DNA of 42,237 nucleotides, taken from IMG/VR virus record IMGVR_UViG_3300032008_000010, positions 1 through 42,237 of that record; one strand, 5' to 3'. Below, one piece after another: positions 41,831 to 42,237 of this stretch (position 1 is the first letter of the stretch; each line of letters begins with the position of its first letter). Source of the stretch: a virus. Lineage: Duplodnaviria > Caudoviricetes. The notes below the pieces were generated by a model. The model saw only the letters and a list, made by a program, of their open reading frames with translations. It did no database searches and was not told the origin of the DNA. A program made the position numbers and the translations under genes.

Positions 41831-42237
41831 TGGCCTACGCGAGCGTAGACGACGGGTTCTGGGACCACCCGAAGGTGCTCCTGCTCCTCGGCTATGAGGA
41901 GGCACACGCCGCCCTCGCCCTCTGGACGCTGGCGCTCTCCTGGTCCCATGACAACACCCGCCGCAACGGGTTCGAGCAGGCCGGCGTCGTCCCGCAGATC
42001 CAGGTTGACAGGCTCCTCGGAGCCGCCGGTTCCGCCGCCGCGCAGGCTCTCGTCCGCTGCGGGCTCTGGGATGAAAACCGGAGGGGGGGGTTCGAAATTC
42101 ACGATTTTGACTACTGGCAGGGGGTAGACCGCTGGCGGGCAATGAGCGAGGGCGGCAGGATGGGCGCTGCGATTCGCCACGGTAGAGCCGCAGGTCAGCG
42201 GGCTGCCGCTAGGGGGGCTAACGGGGGGCCACAAGGG
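41830..42237 (+). CDS. RepA-like replication initiator, 3'-truncated (absent from the ORF track)
   Basis: Hand-translated MAYASVDDGFWDHPKV...ALALW...SWS...G.VP...ALVRCGLW...FEIHDFDYWQ, the typical N-terminus of actinophage RepA-like proteins. Confidence 0.8.
   Translation, partial: MAYASVDDGFWDHPKVLLLLGYEEAHAALALWTLALSWSHDNTRRNGFEQAGVVPQIQVDRLLGAAGSAAAQALVRCGLWDENRRGGFEIHDFDYWQGVDRWRAMSEGGRMGAAIRHGRAAGQRAAARGANGGPQG

Noticed and set aside
42083-42090. G8 tract in the repA-like gene as a phase-variation switch
   Set aside because: The gene is in frame across it and one sequence gives no evidence of length variation.

Overview
A 42-kb piece of a very GC-rich, actinobacteriophage-like siphovirus genome, cut at both ends. 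The left part (+ strand, to ~25.5 kb) is a virion and lysis module: a Pro/Arg-rich repeat protein, large terminase, portal fused to a MuF-like domain, Mu-type protease/scaffold, three paralogous capsid-decoration genes, major capsid, neck and tail genes, a -1 frameshifted tail chaperone, tape measure with a lytic transglycosylase domain, a beta-helix spike, a large 'evolved' Dit-like protein, holin and DUF1906 lysin. The right part (mostly - strand, 25.7-41.6 kb) holds ~30 small accessory genes, including many Cys/His zinc-finger proteins, a beta-class DNA methyltransferase, an HNH nuclease, several HTH/RHH regulators and a YqaJ+RecT recombination pair. A three-gene membrane module sits inverted inside it, and a truncated RepA-like initiator starts at the right end. 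The strongest non-coding signal is eight dispersed copies of a 29-bp SigA-type promoter with a conserved dyad-symmetric core overlapping the -10 box. Several copies sit next to GC-rich stem-loops and a conserved ribosome-binding element, so the early arm is divided into promoter-gene(s)-hairpin cassettes. Also notable are a multi-stem candidate ncRNA between terminase and portal and a leader peptide coupled to repA. No integrase, tRNA, CRISPR array or reverse transcriptase was seen. Family assignments come from motif recognition, not database searches.
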